From Oscillospiraceae bacterium (GTDB lineage Bacteria; Bacillota; Clostridia; Oscillospirales; Ruminococcaceae): a stretch of 64,000 nt of DNA. Positions 44,466 to 51,558 of this stretch are shown here, piece by piece; positions within the stretch are counted from its first letter, which is position 1; each line of letters begins with the position of its first letter. Both the position numbers and the translations under genes were made by a program. The stretch spans positions 8-64,007 of the forward strand of contig WRCY01000004.1 of the NCBI GenBank assembly GCA_009783695.1, given 5' to 3'. The notes under the pieces were generated by a model. It ran no database searches. It saw only the letters and a list, made by a program, of their open reading frames with translations, and was not told the origin of the DNA.

Positions 44466-45797
44466 ATGACCAATTCATCACTGCTGCGCTGTGCGGCGGC
44501 ATTTCTTGTGCTGTCGGCTTATATATGGCTTTTCGGCATCACCGGCGTGATTGAGGGTGACGCTCCGGTAGCTTATGCCGATGAGGGTCTGGAAACCCCG
44601 CGCTCCGAGCCGGAGGATTCTGATGAGGACGAGGGGTTTCTCTCGGGCACAAACCTTAATATTAACCCCGTCAACGACCCGAAGCCGACCTTCGCTGACC
44701 TGCCGGGCAATGACTCGCCCGCGCTTCAGGAGGATTACACTGCTTACGCAGATACAATACCGTTTGTTCCCGACAGCGCAGAAGCCGAACCCGCACCAAT
44801 TCCCGTTACTACGACTACAATACCGCCGCCCGCAGCAACAACTCCCGAGCCTTCTCCGCCCGCAGGCGATACTGACAGCGGCGTCACACCGCCCGAGGTT
44901 ATTTCCGCGCCCGAAGTCACCGCAGCCCTGCCGCCCGAAGGCGGAATTGACATCGGCGTTACACCGGCAGAAACCGTTGTGAACCCCGCTCTTGCGGGGC
45001 GGCTCACGGTTCAAACTTCAAACGGGCAGGTAACGGATACGGCGCTTAATATAGTTTCGAGAATAGTGCAGCATGAAATCGGCAGTTCCTTTCATGATGA
45101 GGCAATAAAGGCACAGGCCGTTGCCGCCTACACCTATATAATGCATTATCAGAGCCAGGGCGGCGTAGCGAACGCGGAGCTCGCCTCTGCAGCCTCCGAC
45201 AAAATTACCGGGATTGTCAGAGAGGTTTTGGGGCAGGCTATTTATCATGAGGGCAGCTACATTGCGTCCGTTTATTACGCATCAAGCGCGGGATACACGT
45301 CGAGCTCCGCGAACGTATGGGGCGGGGACATACCGTATCTCAGAAGCGTGCAGACTGCCTTTGACAAAGAGCACGACCCGAATTACGGGCTTGTTGCAGC
45401 TTTCACTCCGACCGACATAAGAGTCGCTGTGCTTGAACGCACAGGCATCAATCTCACCGGCGACCCCGCCGCATGGCTGCGGATTATAAATCACGTCGAT
45501 ACCGTGTATGTCGGCGACATGACTGTCGGTGGGCACACGTCTTTCACAAGGCCGGACGGACGGGAAATCCCGTTCACAGGCAGGCATTTCCGTGATGTAA
45601 TGGGCACGCAGAAGCTGCGCTCCGCCGCCTTTGAGTTTACATACGATTCGGATACCGACAGATTCACGTTCACGACCTACGGCTACGGACACGGCGTGGG
45701 GCTCAGCCAGAACGGCGCGAATATTTTAGCGCGGCATTACGGGTATGATTATAAGCAAATCCTGGCGTTTTATTACCCCGGAACGACCATACAATGA
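44466..45797 (+). CDS. SpoIID/LytB-domain protein
   Basis: Signal anchor, a Pro/Thr-rich linker, then AQAVAAYTY..., YYASSAGYTSS..., GHGVGLSQNGAN. Confidence 0.88.
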   Translation: MTNSSLLRCAAAFLVLSAYIWLFGITGVIEGDAPVAYADEGLETPRSEPEDSDEDEGFLSGTNLNINPVNDPKPTFADLPGNDSPALQEDYTAYADTIPFVPDSAEAEPAPIPVTTTTIPPPAATTPEPSPPAGDTDSGVTPPEVISAPEVTAALPPEGGIDIGVTPAETVVNPALAGRLTVQTSNGQVTDTALNIVSRIVQHEIGSSFHDEAIKAQAVAAYTYIMHYQSQGGVANAELASAASDKITGIVREVLGQAIYHEGSYIASVYYASSAGYTSSSANVWGGDIPYLRSVQTAFDKEHDPNYGLVAAFTPTDIRVAVLERTGINLTGDPAAWLRIINHVDTVYVGDMTVGGHTSFTRPDGREIPFTGRHFRDVMGTQKLRSAAFEFTYDSDTDRFTFTTYGYGHGVGLSQNGANILARHYGYDYKQILAFYYPGTTIQ

Positions 45798-45837
45798 GCA
45801 ATTTCGTAATGTTAATAAAATCAAACGAAATTAGCAG

Positions 45838-45866
45838 TTGACAATTAGCTTTTAATATGTTATAAT
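45838..45866 (+). promoter_or_regulatory. Consensus sigma-A-type promoter
   Basis: TTGACA (45838-45843), 17-nt spacer, TATAAT (45861-45866). Confidence 0.75.
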
Positions 45867-45880
45867 TTTGGAGTTATGCG

Positions 45881-46285
45881 ATGTATTGTTATAAATGCGG
45901 TTTGAAAATTAACGAGCAGGCTTTAGAATGTGAGCACTGCGGCGCAAACGTTGCGCACGTGATGATTCCGCGGTTTTATAAGGCGGCAGTCTTCTTCGGA
46001 ATATGCATGCTCATGCCGGCACTTGCGTCTGTCGCGGTGTTTTTCGCAGGGCTCGTCGGTATGCTGGATTCGTATGTTTTGTATATCTTCATAATTTTCG
46101 GCGCGGTCGGCTTGCCGCTTGCGCTTAAGAGCAGGCGCAGGTTCGCGGTTATTCTCAACATCGCAGGCATAGTTTTTTGGCTTCTGCTTGTTTTAACGCC
46201 TCATTTCGCAGTTGACAGCGTTCATAACGACAGGTATCAGGACAGAGCCGCCGTGTCTGAGGCTTTGGAAAGTTTCATTAAATAA
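45881..46285 (+). CDS. Zinc-ribbon membrane protein
   Basis: N-terminal CxxC-N11-CxxC (YCYKCG...CEHCG), then three or four TM segments. Confidence 0.75.
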   Translation: MYCYKCGLKINEQALECEHCGANVAHVMIPRFYKAAVFFGICMLMPALASVAVFFAGLVGMLDSYVLYIFIIFGAVGLPLALKSRRRFAVILNIAGIVFWLLLVLTPHFAVDSVHNDRYQDRAAVSEALESFIK

Positions 46286-46289
46286 ATAT

Positions 46290-46372
46290 GCGGATATGGC
46301 GGAATGGCAGACGCGCATGGTTCAGGTCCATGTCTAAGCAATTAGGTGGAGGTTCAAGTCCTCTTATCCGCA
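46290..46372 (+). tRNA. tRNA-Leu (anticodon CAG)
   Basis: Hand-folded cloverleaf: acceptor GCGGATA/TATCCGC, anticodon stem CATGG/CCATG with loop TTCAGGT, a long variable arm, and T-arm GGAGG-TTCAAGT-CCTCT. No CCA is encoded. Confidence 0.9.
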
Positions 46373-46409
46373 GGAATGAGAATCAAAGACATAAACACAT
46401 ATGAAATTT

Positions 46410-46440
46410 GGAGTCCGAAATTCGGACTCCTTTTGATTTT
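46410..46440 (+). terminator. Intrinsic terminator after tRNA-Leu
   Basis: ggagtccgaaattcggactcc followed by ttttgatttt. Confidence 0.88.
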
Positions 46441-46581
46441 ATCTGCATTTGTCAAAATTAACGCGAGAATCGAAAATACTAAATTTGGAAGCGTAAAACG
46501 CTCGTAATAAATACGACTAAAGTGCCTTACTTAAACCTTTAGCTAATTTATATATATTTTAATAAATTATTAATTCCCCTC

Positions 46582-46610
46582 TTGACATTATAACGCAAAT
46601 CCGTTATAAT
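46582..46610 (+). promoter_or_regulatory. Consensus sigma-A-type promoter
   Basis: TTGACA (46582-46587), 17-nt spacer, TATAAT (46605-46610). Confidence 0.75.
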
Positions 46611-46629
46611 TAATATAGAGGTGATTACG

Positions 46630-47198
46630 ATGGATTTAAACTTAGTTTTAAAAGAAAAAAATATTTCAAAATATAAACTCTCAAAAATAAGCGGTATACC
46701 TTTTACCACTGTCAGCGAAATTACAACGGGCAAGTCAAAAATTAAAAATTGCACAGGTGAAACGCTTTATAAATTAGCGAAAGCGTTAAATGTGACGATG
46801 GAAGATTTACTTTCGGAATGCATGGAGAACCGTCCGGAATTTGAGTGGTTTAAAAGCGAAGCATGCCATAGGGTCAAGCGCGAGGGTGATTTAGATTTTA
46901 TTATTAATGTATTAGAATCATGCGAAATTCGGAAATTGTATGAAAAAAATGGTATCCCGAAAGCCTTTATCTGCTTGCAATGGTGGATTATCTAAGCAGA
47001 GAGAACGATTTACTAATTTGTTCGGATTATGCAGACATTCGCAGATTGCGTATGAAAAACATCATTTACCCTGCTGGAATATTAATATTATGTAGTGTAC
47101 ATGGGGATGAAAGTTATAAAGAAAGAAGCCTAAAAAAAGCCATTCCTGAATTTCTGCGCCATAATATCGTAGAAGCGGAGATAAGAAATGTTTGCTAA
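46630..47198 (+). pseudogene. XRE-HTH protein with a C-terminal domain, split by a -1 frameshift at an A7 tract (46943-46949)
   Basis: ORFs 46621-46995 and 46980-47198 join smoothly if one A is added (...LYEKKWYPESLYLLAMVDYLSREN...). HTH motif KYKLSKISGIPFTTVSEI. Confidence 0.7.
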
Positions 47199-47897
47199 TT
47201 TTGAATTTACGAAGGAAACGCTTGATATTTGCTTAAAAGAACTCGATAAAGAGTTCCGCAGGCGCAACGGCATAAAAACACACGCTGACATTATACTGAT
47301 TGGCGGTGCTTCTGTTCTTATAAATTATGGTTTTCGGGATAAAACTACCGATGCTGACGCAATAATCAGAGCTTCATCTGTGATGAAAGAGGCGATTTTC
47401 TGCGTCGCCGATAATTTTAACCTACCGAACGATTGGTTTAATCAAGATTTTAAAAAGACAGATTCTTACTCCGAAAAACTATTCAAGATTGCTTCCCGCT
47501 ACAGAACATTCTCAAATGTTTTACATGTATGGACTGTCGCCGCCGAATATTTAATTGCTATGAAGTTATTAAGCGGCAAGCTATATAAATATGATTTGTC
47601 TGATATTATCGGGATTTTGTGGGAACATGAAAAAAAGACGCGTCGATAAGCAGAGATATGATTATGAAAGCCGTTAAAATGCTTTATAATCAACCCCTTT
47701 CTAAAGAATCTGCAACATTTATTGACAAGGTTTTAAATTCGGAAGATTATGAAAAGTTTTATTTTGATTCACGGGAGAGTGAGCGCGAGGGTAAAGAAAT
47801 TTTAGATTCCTTTAGAGAGAACAATCCCGACTCAAAAGGAGTTAAAGCTAACGAGATTATAGAGCGGGCAAGACGAAAAAAGGATTCCGATGGATAA
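47188..47897 (+). pseudogene. Nucleotidyltransferase-fold protein (DUF6036/AbiEii-like; tentative), split by a -1 frameshift at an A7 tract (47630-47636)
   Basis: LIGGASVLINYGF-x6-DADAI resembles the G[GS]-x(9-13)-DxD minimal NTase motif. ORFs 47188-47649 and 47658-47897 join as ...WEHEKKDASISRDMIMKAV... The start overlaps the upstream stop codon (ATGTTTGCTAA). Confidence 0.6.
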
Positions 47898-47967
47898 TAG
47901 TCTATAAATTTCTGTAATTTAGAGATTGTTTTTTGATAGTATTTATGATGTAATGGTGAAAATTGAG

Positions 47968-49410
47968 TTATGTCATTTCAACATATGTTGCGGTTGGAAT
48001 CACAATATATCTGCTGTTAGCTGGGAAATCATTGAGGCGGTATGTTTCAATGATGTATTGATTCTTGCCGTCAAAGCGAATCGTAACCGACTTCGAGTAA
48101 TCCACATCGCTCTGCTCTTGCTCGTTAATAATTAGACTTGCTCTCGTTTCTTGCATAATCGCAAACGTAGTTTCAAAGCCAATTCCACCGCCACCCGACT
48201 TAGCGTGAGTGGTCACTCGCTCCGCTCCGAGTCGTACCAACGTATCAACCTCAAACGGAATACCGCTATCCAATACGGTGAACTCGTAATGTTCCCCCGA
48301 CACACCGATAACAACCGTAATACTGCGGAAAGTGTTATCACTGACATTAACCGCCTTTTTCGCGTCATTGAGGTGATTCACAATCAGAGTTTCTAACGCT
48401 CCCTGCTTAATAATATTATCGACCATATACTTGATACTGCCGCTCGTCATGACGTTAAACGCAATCTTCTCAGCGGCGAACTGCCGTGCATAATACTCAA
48501 ACAAATTGTCGATTGCTACTATGTTTGTGGACGGCAGAGTGGCTTTCCCCTTGATTTTATCTAACTCCCCCTCCCAATCAGATTGCAATTCTTGAAGAGC
48601 CTCTGCCAATGGAGTCCCCACAACTACACCTTCCATAACTTTCAATCTGTCAGTGATATTATGGATTGCAGACGACTTTTCACGGTAAAGCCTGTTTAAC
48701 TCCTCATTCCTCGCCCTTTCCTCAAGATACAGCTTTTCATAATGATTTGTCGTATTTTGTCGAACTTTCTTTACTTGGAACATTGTAATCAATCTCCTTA
48801 TAAGTATATAAATACCGACTCCAGCAATAAGAACACCTGAGATATATAAGAGCCCGTCGAAATACTTTTCAGATTGAACACTTATATTAACCCACGTGAC
48901 AAGAATTAAGATAACACCTGTGAAAAATAAAGCTGCAACAATTGTGAATTTATTAAATATAAATGAAAACCCTTTCTTAAAACGTCTGATACGGAATAAA
49001 AGGAAAGACAAAACAAACTGCATTATAGTTACAAATATATATAATAAAAAGTAGATGTGTTGGTTAACATTGAGGGCGGCATCTGTAATGTTCTCGCTAC
49101 TGAATAAAAACACAGATACTAAACTAATAAAAGTAATTGCTATGTAATGTAAAACATAACTGATACTAAATGATAACAGATATGCAGAAACTACTACTTC
49201 AAGTTTTTGTTTTGTTAAGAAAAAAACGAAGATAGTGGTCGTTATACATAAAAGTGCTCTATATAGTGAAAGCGGCATTAAAAAAGGTTTAATAAATAAT
49301 ACTGTCCATAACAAACACCATACTGCGATTAAGACTTTATGGCTTATGGCTGCATTATATTGAATAGACTTTGTAAAAATATAAAAAGAAGAAATTGTTA
49401 TGCTCATCAT
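47968..49410 (-). CDS. Membrane sensor histidine kinase, AgrC/HPK10-like GHKL type
   Basis: About six or seven N-terminal TM segments. H-box SSAIHNITD, N-box LIVNHLNDAKKA, G-box SGGGGIGF. A strong SD (AAGGGGGAG) sits about 33 nt upstream of the ATG, so an in-frame ATT start at 49440 is possible. Confidence 0.85.
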   Translation of the reverse strand: MMSITISSFYIFTKSIQYNAAISHKVLIAVWCLLWTVLFIKPFLMPLSLYRALLCITTTIFVFFLTKQKLEVVVSAYLLSFSISYVLHYIAITFISLVSVFLFSSENITDAALNVNQHIYFLLYIFVTIMQFVLSFLLFRIRRFKKGFSFIFNKFTIVAALFFTGVILILVTWVNISVQSEKYFDGLLYISGVLIAGVGIYILIRRLITMFQVKKVRQNTTNHYEKLYLEERARNEELNRLYREKSSAIHNITDRLKVMEGVVVGTPLAEALQELQSDWEGELDKIKGKATLPSTNIVAIDNLFEYYARQFAAEKIAFNVMTSGSIKYMVDNIIKQGALETLIVNHLNDAKKAVNVSDNTFRSITVVIGVSGEHYEFTVLDSGIPFEVDTLVRLGAERVTTHAKSGGGGIGFETTFAIMQETRASLIINEQEQSDVDYSKSVTIRFDGKNQYIIETYRLNDFPANSRYIVIPTATYVEMT

Positions 49411-49517
49411 AACGATGGCATTAATCCATAACGAATAAATGAGAGCTCCCCCTTTTTCTTAGTAATGATTTATTAACATTCGAATAAATCATATATATTT
49501 GAATTTTAGAATATAAC

Positions 49518-50324
49518 TTAAAACATATCACGACGGATTTTATCAGTGTAATAATGGATAAACTCGGTGGGAGTCGGTGTGCCTTTATCCTTTCTGACGG
49601 GAGCGGTATAGCGTTTCAGCAGTTCGTCTATGTCGTTTGCGTTCTTCCATGCATCATTAATCGCCGTCTGTATGGCGCGGATTACATTGTCATAGTTGTT
49701 TTTCTGGGATTTGGAAACGTCTTGTAAAACCGTTTCGGAATCCTTATCTCCCTTGCTTATAAGCAGATATATTGATTCCTCTATGTATTTCCGTCCTTTC
49801 AACCTTATGGAAATGCCGAACGCATCTAATTCGGCTTTGATTCTGCTTATAATGCGGGTTTTGAGTTCTTCGGGTGTTTCAATTGTTGTGATTGCAGCGT
49901 TTCTACTACCTTGCAGATGATAGAATTCACGGAATCTGAGCAAGTGTCTAATCACCATTTCGGGGCAGTAACTCTGTTGTAACTTGTAAAAAATCCAGTT
50001 GAGGTCATACTTTGCGTGAAGGTGGGTGTGCACGGTGTCGTTGCGGTTGCGGGTGGTTATGACGACAATAGGGCGAATACTGAACTCGGTTTTATAGAAA
50101 TCCTCTAAGAAATCGTAACCCGAACCTGCACCTGTGTTCAACTCCAAGTCTAAAATGACCGCCTCCGGCAGTTTGTTCCTGACAAGTTCAAGCCCCTTGT
50201 CGCTCTTATTTGTCATTCCGACGAAGACAATGTCAGTTCTCGTGCTTGCGTAATCGGCGAAATCCCTGCAAGCCGCAACATCGTCCTCAATCAGAACTAT
50301 TTTCATTGGTTTTTGCTTATCCAT
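49518..50324 (-). CDS. Response regulator with a Spo0A C-terminal-type DNA-binding domain
   Basis: Receiver domain (LIEDD, ILDLEL acceptor Asp, VVITT). The C-terminus IRLKGRKYIEESIYLL...NVIRAIQTAINDAWKN...TPTPTEFIHYYTDKI parallels Spo0A (...RVERAIRHAIEVAWSRG...KPTNSEFIAMVADKL). Start at 50324 is preceded by the SD gaaaagga. Confidence 0.85.
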   Translation of the reverse strand: MDKQKPMKIVLIEDDVAACRDFADYASTRTDIVFVGMTNKSDKGLELVRNKLPEAVILDLELNTGAGSGYDFLEDFYKTEFSIRPIVVITTRNRNDTVHTHLHAKYDLNWIFYKLQQSYCPEMVIRHLLRFREFYHLQGSRNAAITTIETPEELKTRIISRIKAELDAFGISIRLKGRKYIEESIYLLISKGDKDSETVLQDVSKSQKNNYDNVIRAIQTAINDAWKNANDIDELLKRYTAPVRKDKGTPTPTEFIHYYTDKIRRDMF

Positions 50325-50538
50325 TGTTAAAATCCTTTTCAACTTCATTGAACTTCATCGCGGAACGTATGTAAATACAATGCTTATTGTGGTATCATGC
50401 TTAATAGATAGGGTATTTCATTACGTTAGTTGATAAAAAAATGTAATGAAAAATAAATAATTAAGATTAAGATGTTTAAGGCATTGCTGAATTCATTGAT
50501 TTGCCCGTCAATGAAAACAATTGTTCCCTTTGCTTGGT

Positions 50539-50637
50539 TCAGTTATTTTTGTCGTTATGGTTGAGTAAGTAATCAATCAGTTTCATTAATAGCATAGCAA
50601 AAGCTATACTTAGCATTATAGCTTCATAAAATGACAT
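50539..50637 (-). CDS. 32-aa hydrophobic peptide (Hol-Tox-like small membrane peptide; not in the ORF track)
   Basis: Hand translation: MSFYEAIMLSIAFAMLLMKLIDYLLNHNDKNN. Strong SD aagggggacggcaaaATG. First gene of the peptide-RR-HK transcription unit. Confidence 0.6.
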   Translation of the reverse strand: MSFYEAIMLSIAFAMLLMKLIDYLLNHNDKNN

Positions 50638-50717
50638 TTTGCCGTCCCCCTTTCTTTAGAGATGTGTGGGGGAGGTCAATTGTTTTTATTCAGCAATGCC
50701 GTAAACACCTTGCTATA

Positions 50718-50746
50718 ATTATCGCATAAAAAATATTTTTTGTCAA
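50718..50746 (-). promoter_or_regulatory. Near-consensus extended -10 promoter for the peptide-RR-HK unit
   Basis: Minus strand: TTGACA (50746-50741), 17-nt spacer, TGcGATAAT (-10 hexamer at 50723-50718). The -35 box sits in the palindrome gtcaatactttttt/aaaaaagtattgac. Confidence 0.6.
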
Positions 50747-50775
50747 TACTTTTTCCAAAAAAGTATTGACTTTTT

Positions 50776-50962
50776 AATTAATAATCTGTGTATCCCATAA
50801 TAACAATCAATTTGCTTTTAAAATGCAGTATTTATGGGCTTTAAAGAATTTCACGGTGTCATTTATGTAATATATGATTTAAATTCACGTATTTATAACC
50901 TAATAAACCTTGATATAATCAATGTTTGATTGTAATGTTGTTATGGGATACGCAGAATTAAT
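50776..50962. repeat. TIR-bounded 187-bp element (MITE or inverton-like)
   Basis: Left arm ATTAATAATCTGTGTATCCCATAATAACAATCAA (50776-50810). Right arm at 50926-50962, reverse complement ATTAATTCTGCGTATCCCATAACAACATTACAATCAA. The shared core is TCTGYGTATCCCATAAYAACA. Confidence 0.65.
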
Positions 50963-51049
50963 AAAATTAAAACGAGTTAAATTCATCATTATACCTTATT
51001 TTTGGTATAACGCTTCTACAGAGAAGGATTATTTTTACGTTAATTCGTT

Positions 51050-51202
51050 TTATTTTATCAAGACTTTTCTTACCGTAGTATAATAGCAACCATATACTCT
51101 GGCAATCGCCGCCATACTCATACCGCTCTGATACTTTTTCACAACATGATCTTTCTCGGCATCAGTAAAATATCTCTGCTTCTGGGTAATTTTACGAACC
51201 AT
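51050..51202 (-). CDS. Small HTH protein (50 aa)
   Basis: MVRKITQKQRYFTDAEKDHVVKKYQSGMSMAAIARVYGCYYTTVRKVLIK. SD ggagagga lies 8 nt upstream. The longer ORF to 51454 runs through a plus-strand promoter and is doubtful. Confidence 0.55.
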   Translation of the reverse strand: MVRKITQKQRYFTDAEKDHVVKKYQSGMSMAAIARVYGCYYTTVRKVLIK

Positions 51203-51440
51203 TTTAGTATCCTCTCCATAAGGACTCTCTTCTTTTTCCTTGACAAATTCCCCTTTTCCACTTATACTATCATTAAGAATAGCATTGCGGTAAGTTAAAG
51301 CGGTCTTGATTGAATTGTTTAAGTACGGTGCTGATATCCGCAGGCGGCATACCGCCGCACCAATCCCGTCATCCCAAGGGCTGACGGGACTTTTATATTG
51401 CCCGTCTGACACGTTTCTAAGCCACAAGATTAATTTTTTC

Positions 51441-51469
51441 TTGACAAACGGCACATAAACGAATATAAT
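51441..51469 (+). promoter_or_regulatory. Consensus sigma-A-type promoter
   Basis: TTGACA (51441-51446), 17-nt spacer, TATAAT (51464-51469). The leader contains a 13-bp perfect hairpin aattgaaaactat-aaa-atagttttcaatt (51502-51530). Confidence 0.75.
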
Positions 51470-51558
51470 TATATACAGCAGTATATTTTACAGCCCCTTA
51501 AAATTGAAAACTATAAAATAGTTTTCAATTTAAACGATTTTATCATGAGGAGAGTTAG

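Larger units (their letters stand above)
46441..51545. mobile_element. AT-rich genomic island adjacent to tRNA-Leu (no integrase seen; boundaries approximate)
   Basis: An abrupt, visible drop in G+C begins right after the tRNA terminator. Codon usage shifts to A/T-ending codons. Several perfect TTGACA-17-TATAAT promoters are present. Accessory-type gene content. Confidence 0.6.

Noticed and set aside
47968-50637. Interpreting the peptide-RR-HK locus as an agr-type quorum-sensing system.
   Set aside because: There is no AgrB-like processing gene. The peptide has no Cys/Ser for a thiolactone ring and no double-glycine leader. The regulator has a Spo0A-type output domain rather than a LytTR one. 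Only the kinase class resembles AgrC.
51203-51454. The upstream 84 codons of ORF 51050-51454.
   Set aside because: The extension runs through a perfect plus-strand promoter (51441-51469) and has no SD. A good SD precedes the internal ATG at 51202, which gives a compact 50-aa HTH protein.
46373-51545. Calling the tRNA-Leu-adjacent island a prophage, ICE or integrative element.
   Set aside because: I found no integrase, recombinase, transposase, phage structural genes or conjugation genes, and no direct repeat of the tRNA 3' end. Only the compositional and gene-content argument remains, so it is reported as an island of uncertain mobility.
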